Assembly: GCA_046292385.1 (NCBI GenBank)
Contig: JBKBRF010000018.1
Span: 1-64,000 of the forward strand
Source: Armatimonadota bacterium
Lineage (GTDB): Bacteria; Armatimonadota; SYMT01
Direction: 5' to 3'
Length of the DNA: 64,000 nucleotides
Shown here in pieces: positions 61,501 through 64,000 of the stretch. How positions within the stretch are numbered: the first letter of the stretch is position 1; each line of letters opens with the position of its first letter. A program made the position numbers and the translations under genes. The notes beneath the pieces were generated by a model. The model ran no database searches and had not been told where the DNA came from. It saw nothing but the letters and a program-made list of their open reading frames with translations.

Positions 61501-61649
61501 AAACCTTCGAGCGTCCCGAAAGCGTTCGGGACACATGTGGCGCCCTGCGGGCGCCTCGGTTTCTGGCTTCTACCCAGGCGGCGCGTCATCTCACTTGACG
61601 CTGGCACTATCGGCGGGCGGCCTGCCTATGGAGTCCGGAGGCGGTGCCG

Positions 61650-61886
61650 GAGGCAGCGACGGAGGGCTCCACTTGTGGCCACCCCTGGCGAGGGGTGGCT
61701 GCTTGAGCCGAGGGGAGCGGCCCGTGAACCTCGGCATGGTGGAAAACGTGGTTGTCGATCGCGGAACGCAGCATGGCGGGGATCACGCCCGGAGCAGCCC
61801 GCTAGCGGAGCCGAAGGCGGAGCGTGAATGGGCAGCGGAGGGCCAGCCACGCGGGAGGGCCGCTCCCCTCGGTGAGGGCACGGGGA
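61650..61886 (+). repeat. Structured intergenic repeat element, copy 4 of 4
   Basis: 16-bp stem 61708-61723/61857-61872 of different sequence; same flanking motifs and leading hairpin. Confidence 0.75.
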
Positions 61887-62015
61887 GTACCTTCGGAGAG
61901 ATGCCGCAGCCGTAGGCGAATCCATGTCACTCCACGGACACAGGACTCGCTCACAACCTCAGCCAACGAAAGAGCACACCCTTTCCACGCCCTGCCGCGC
62001 CAGAGGTAACCCGAG

Positions 62016-63125
62016 ATGAAGACCCCCGCAGCCGTTCTGTATGGTCTGAACCAGCCGTTCGTGGTGGAAGAAGTGGAGCTGGACCCGCCCGGCTCCGGCG
62101 AGGTGCTGGTGGAGATGGCCGGCGGCGGGATCTGCCACAGCGACTGGCACGTGGTCGACGGCGTGATCCCGAAGCCGCAGCCGATCATCCTGGGCCACGA
62201 AGGCTCGGCGCGGGTGCTGGAGTGCGGGCCGAACGTCTCGCTGGTGAAGGCGGGCGATCCGGTGGTGCTCTCGTTTCTGCCGGAGTGCGGCGCCTGCTAC
62301 CAGTGCATGCGGGGCAAGGCGAACCTGTGCGATGGCTCCATGCAGTTCCGCAGCGGCGTGCTGGCGGACGGCACCACCCGCTTCCACCGCAACGGGACCC
62401 GCATCCACCACTACAACGGCGTCTCGTCGTTTGCCCAGTATGCGGTCGTGCCGGAGCGCGCGTGTGTGCCGATCGATCCGCGGGTGCCGCTCGACAAGGC
62501 GGCGCTGATCGGCTGCGCGGTGAGCACCGGGGTCGGTGCGGTCATCTTCAGCGCCAACGTGCTCCCGGGCTCCACCATGGCAGTCTTCGGGGCCGGCGGC
62601 GTGGGGCTGAACACGGTCCAGGGCGGCGCGCTGGTGAACGCCACGCGGGTGATCGCGGTCGACGTGAACCCGAACAAGCTGGCGATGGCGCGCCAGTTCG
62701 GCGCCACCGACACGGTCGACGCCCGGGAGCAGGACCCGGTGCAGGCGATCCTGGAGCTGACCGGCGGCCGGGGTGTCGACTACGCCTTCGAGGCGATCGG
62801 CCGGCCGGAGACGGTCCGGCAGGCGTTCGAGTCGCTCGGCAAGGGCGGCACGGCGGTCGCCATCGGCATCGGCTCGAAAGACGCCTGCATCGAGATCCCG
62901 CCGCAGCACCTGGTCTACGGCGAGCGGCGCCTCGTCGGCTGCTTCTACGGCTCCGCCCGACCCCGCGCCGACTTCGCCCGCTTTGCCGACCTCTACCTCG
63001 CCGGCCGGCTGAAGCTGGACCAGCTCGTGACCCGGGAGTGGGGTCTCTCCGAGATCAACGAGGCGTTCCGCGCGATGAACGCCGGCGAGGTCGCGCGGGG
63101 GATCATCAACCGGTATACCGCGTAG
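62016..63125 (+). CDS. Zn-dependent alcohol dehydrogenase (class III-like)
   Basis: ICHSD, LGHEG, CxxCxxC...C, GCAVSTG, GAGGVG. Confidence 0.93.
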   Translation: MKTPAAVLYGLNQPFVVEEVELDPPGSGEVLVEMAGGGICHSDWHVVDGVIPKPQPIILGHEGSARVLECGPNVSLVKAGDPVVLSFLPECGACYQCMRGKANLCDGSMQFRSGVLADGTTRFHRNGTRIHHYNGVSSFAQYAVVPERACVPIDPRVPLDKAALIGCAVSTGVGAVIFSANVLPGSTMAVFGAGGVGLNTVQGGALVNATRVIAVDVNPNKLAMARQFGATDTVDAREQDPVQAILELTGGRGVDYAFEAIGRPETVRQAFESLGKGGTAVAIGIGSKDACIEIPPQHLVYGERRLVGCFYGSARPRADFARFADLYLAGRLKLDQLVTREWGLSEINEAFRAMNAGEVARGIINRYTA

Positions 63126-63295
63126 GGTCGGGGGTCGGGGAGAGCTTGCTTCGTCGCTCGGCCGCGAGGCATTGAAATACCTCGCTGGAAGGCCTGCGGC
63201 CAAGCGTCCTCCGGACGCCCAAACCAGGCCTTCTCAGTCCGCGAAGGCGGTCCCCCGTCCGGGGGATAAAACTTCGTGCCGTGGTTGCCGCGGTT

Positions 63296-64000
63296 TCAAC
63301 CGCCCGCCGGAACCCCCTTCCACGGGTCGATCCCCTGCTCCAGGCGCCCCGGCACCGTCTCGATCGTAAAGTCGCCCAGCTCGGCACCGGCCTCCAGCTC
63401 CTCCCACGACAGCGGACAGGAGACGGTGGCGCCGGGCTTAGCGCGGACGCTGTACGGGCTGGCGGCGCTCTTGCCGAGGGCGTTCTGCTCCGCGTCGACG
63501 TAGACCTGACCTTTCTCCCGCTGGGCGAGGGAGCGCTCCACCGTCGCCAGCTTCGGGTTCGCCGCGGCGACGGCGCCCGCGACCTCGACCGCGAGCGCGT
63601 GGGAGGCCCCGTAGGTGGCGCCGGGCTCCAGCCGGACGTAGACGTGCAGCCCGCGGGAGCCGGAGGTCTTGAGATACGGCCGCAGCCCGCGCCGGTACAG
63701 CTCCTCCCGGACGAGCTGGGCCACGCGGACGATCGTCTTCCAGGTCGCGTCGTGCGGGTCGAGGTCGAGCACGAGCCAGTCGGGCTGCTCCAGGCGCTCC
63801 ACCCGGCTGTGCCACGGGTGCTGCTCCACCGTCCCCAGGTTGACCAGGTAGAGGAGCGAGGCCGCGGAGCCGTAGACGGCGTAATCGATCTCCCGCCCCT
63901 GCTCGCTCGTGAGCCGCGCCACCGGCAGGAACTCGGGGCCGGACTCGAGGTCGTGCTGGAAGAACGGCGGGAAGCCGACCCCGCGCGGGTACCGCTTCAG
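63296..64000 (-). CDS. ligD: LigD primase-polymerase domain (NHEJ), 5'-truncated by the window edge
   Basis: [31 protein letters not shown]....PYSVR, VS.P..W.E, DPW; frame open to the window end. Confidence 0.9.
   Translation of the reverse strand: MKRYPRGVGFPPFFQHDLESGPEFLPVARLTSEQGREIDYAVYGSAASLLYLVNLGTVEQHPWHSRVERLEQPDWLVLDLDPHDATWKTIVRVAQLVREELYRRGLRPYLKTSGSRGLHVYVRLEPGATYGASHALAVEVAGAVAAANPKLATVERSLAQREKGQVYVDAEQNALGKSAASPYSVRAKPGATVSCPLSWEELEAGAELGDFTIETVPGRLEQGIDPWKGVPAGG

Noticed and set aside
61496..61915. 139-aa ORF between guaB and the ADH gene
   Set aside because: No protein-like features; it overlaps structured repeat copy 4
63296..63330. Possible frameshift in the G5 run at the LigD-Pol 3' end (DPWKG-FRRA in the other frame)
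   Set aside because: The domain is essentially complete and the alternative frame would run into the convergent ADH gene; cannot be decided without reads

Overview
GC-rich bacterial chromosomal window from a diderm; gene content suggests an Armatimonadota/PVC-like organism (inference only). It holds about 50 supportable CDSs. These include a type II secretion-like operon (gspE-F-G-H-I-J-K-L-M, two GspC-like genes, gspD; 12.7-27.1 kb), a VIT-domain PEP-CTERM protein with its exosortase, a hemD-hemE fusion, rpoZ-dnaJ-prmA, two tandem ankyrin-tailed paralogs, a planctomycete-type cytochrome c/WD40-DUF1549/1553-DUF1501 cluster, two sulfatases, guaB and a partial LigD polymerase domain. Main signals the ORF track misses: (1) a hidden selenoprotein, a secreted TlpA-like thioredoxin with an in-frame UGA giving UxxC plus a SECIS-like hairpin; (2) a four-copy ~170-240 nt intergenic structured element with compensatory and G-U changes in its closing stem; (3) three GspC/PilP-like paralogs and FG/GGFGG low-complexity tracts across the T2SS; (4) a eukaryote-type IMPDH; (5) several REP/MITE-like palindrome families, one adjacent to an IS200-type TnpA remnant. 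No rRNA, tRNA or CRISPR array was recognised.
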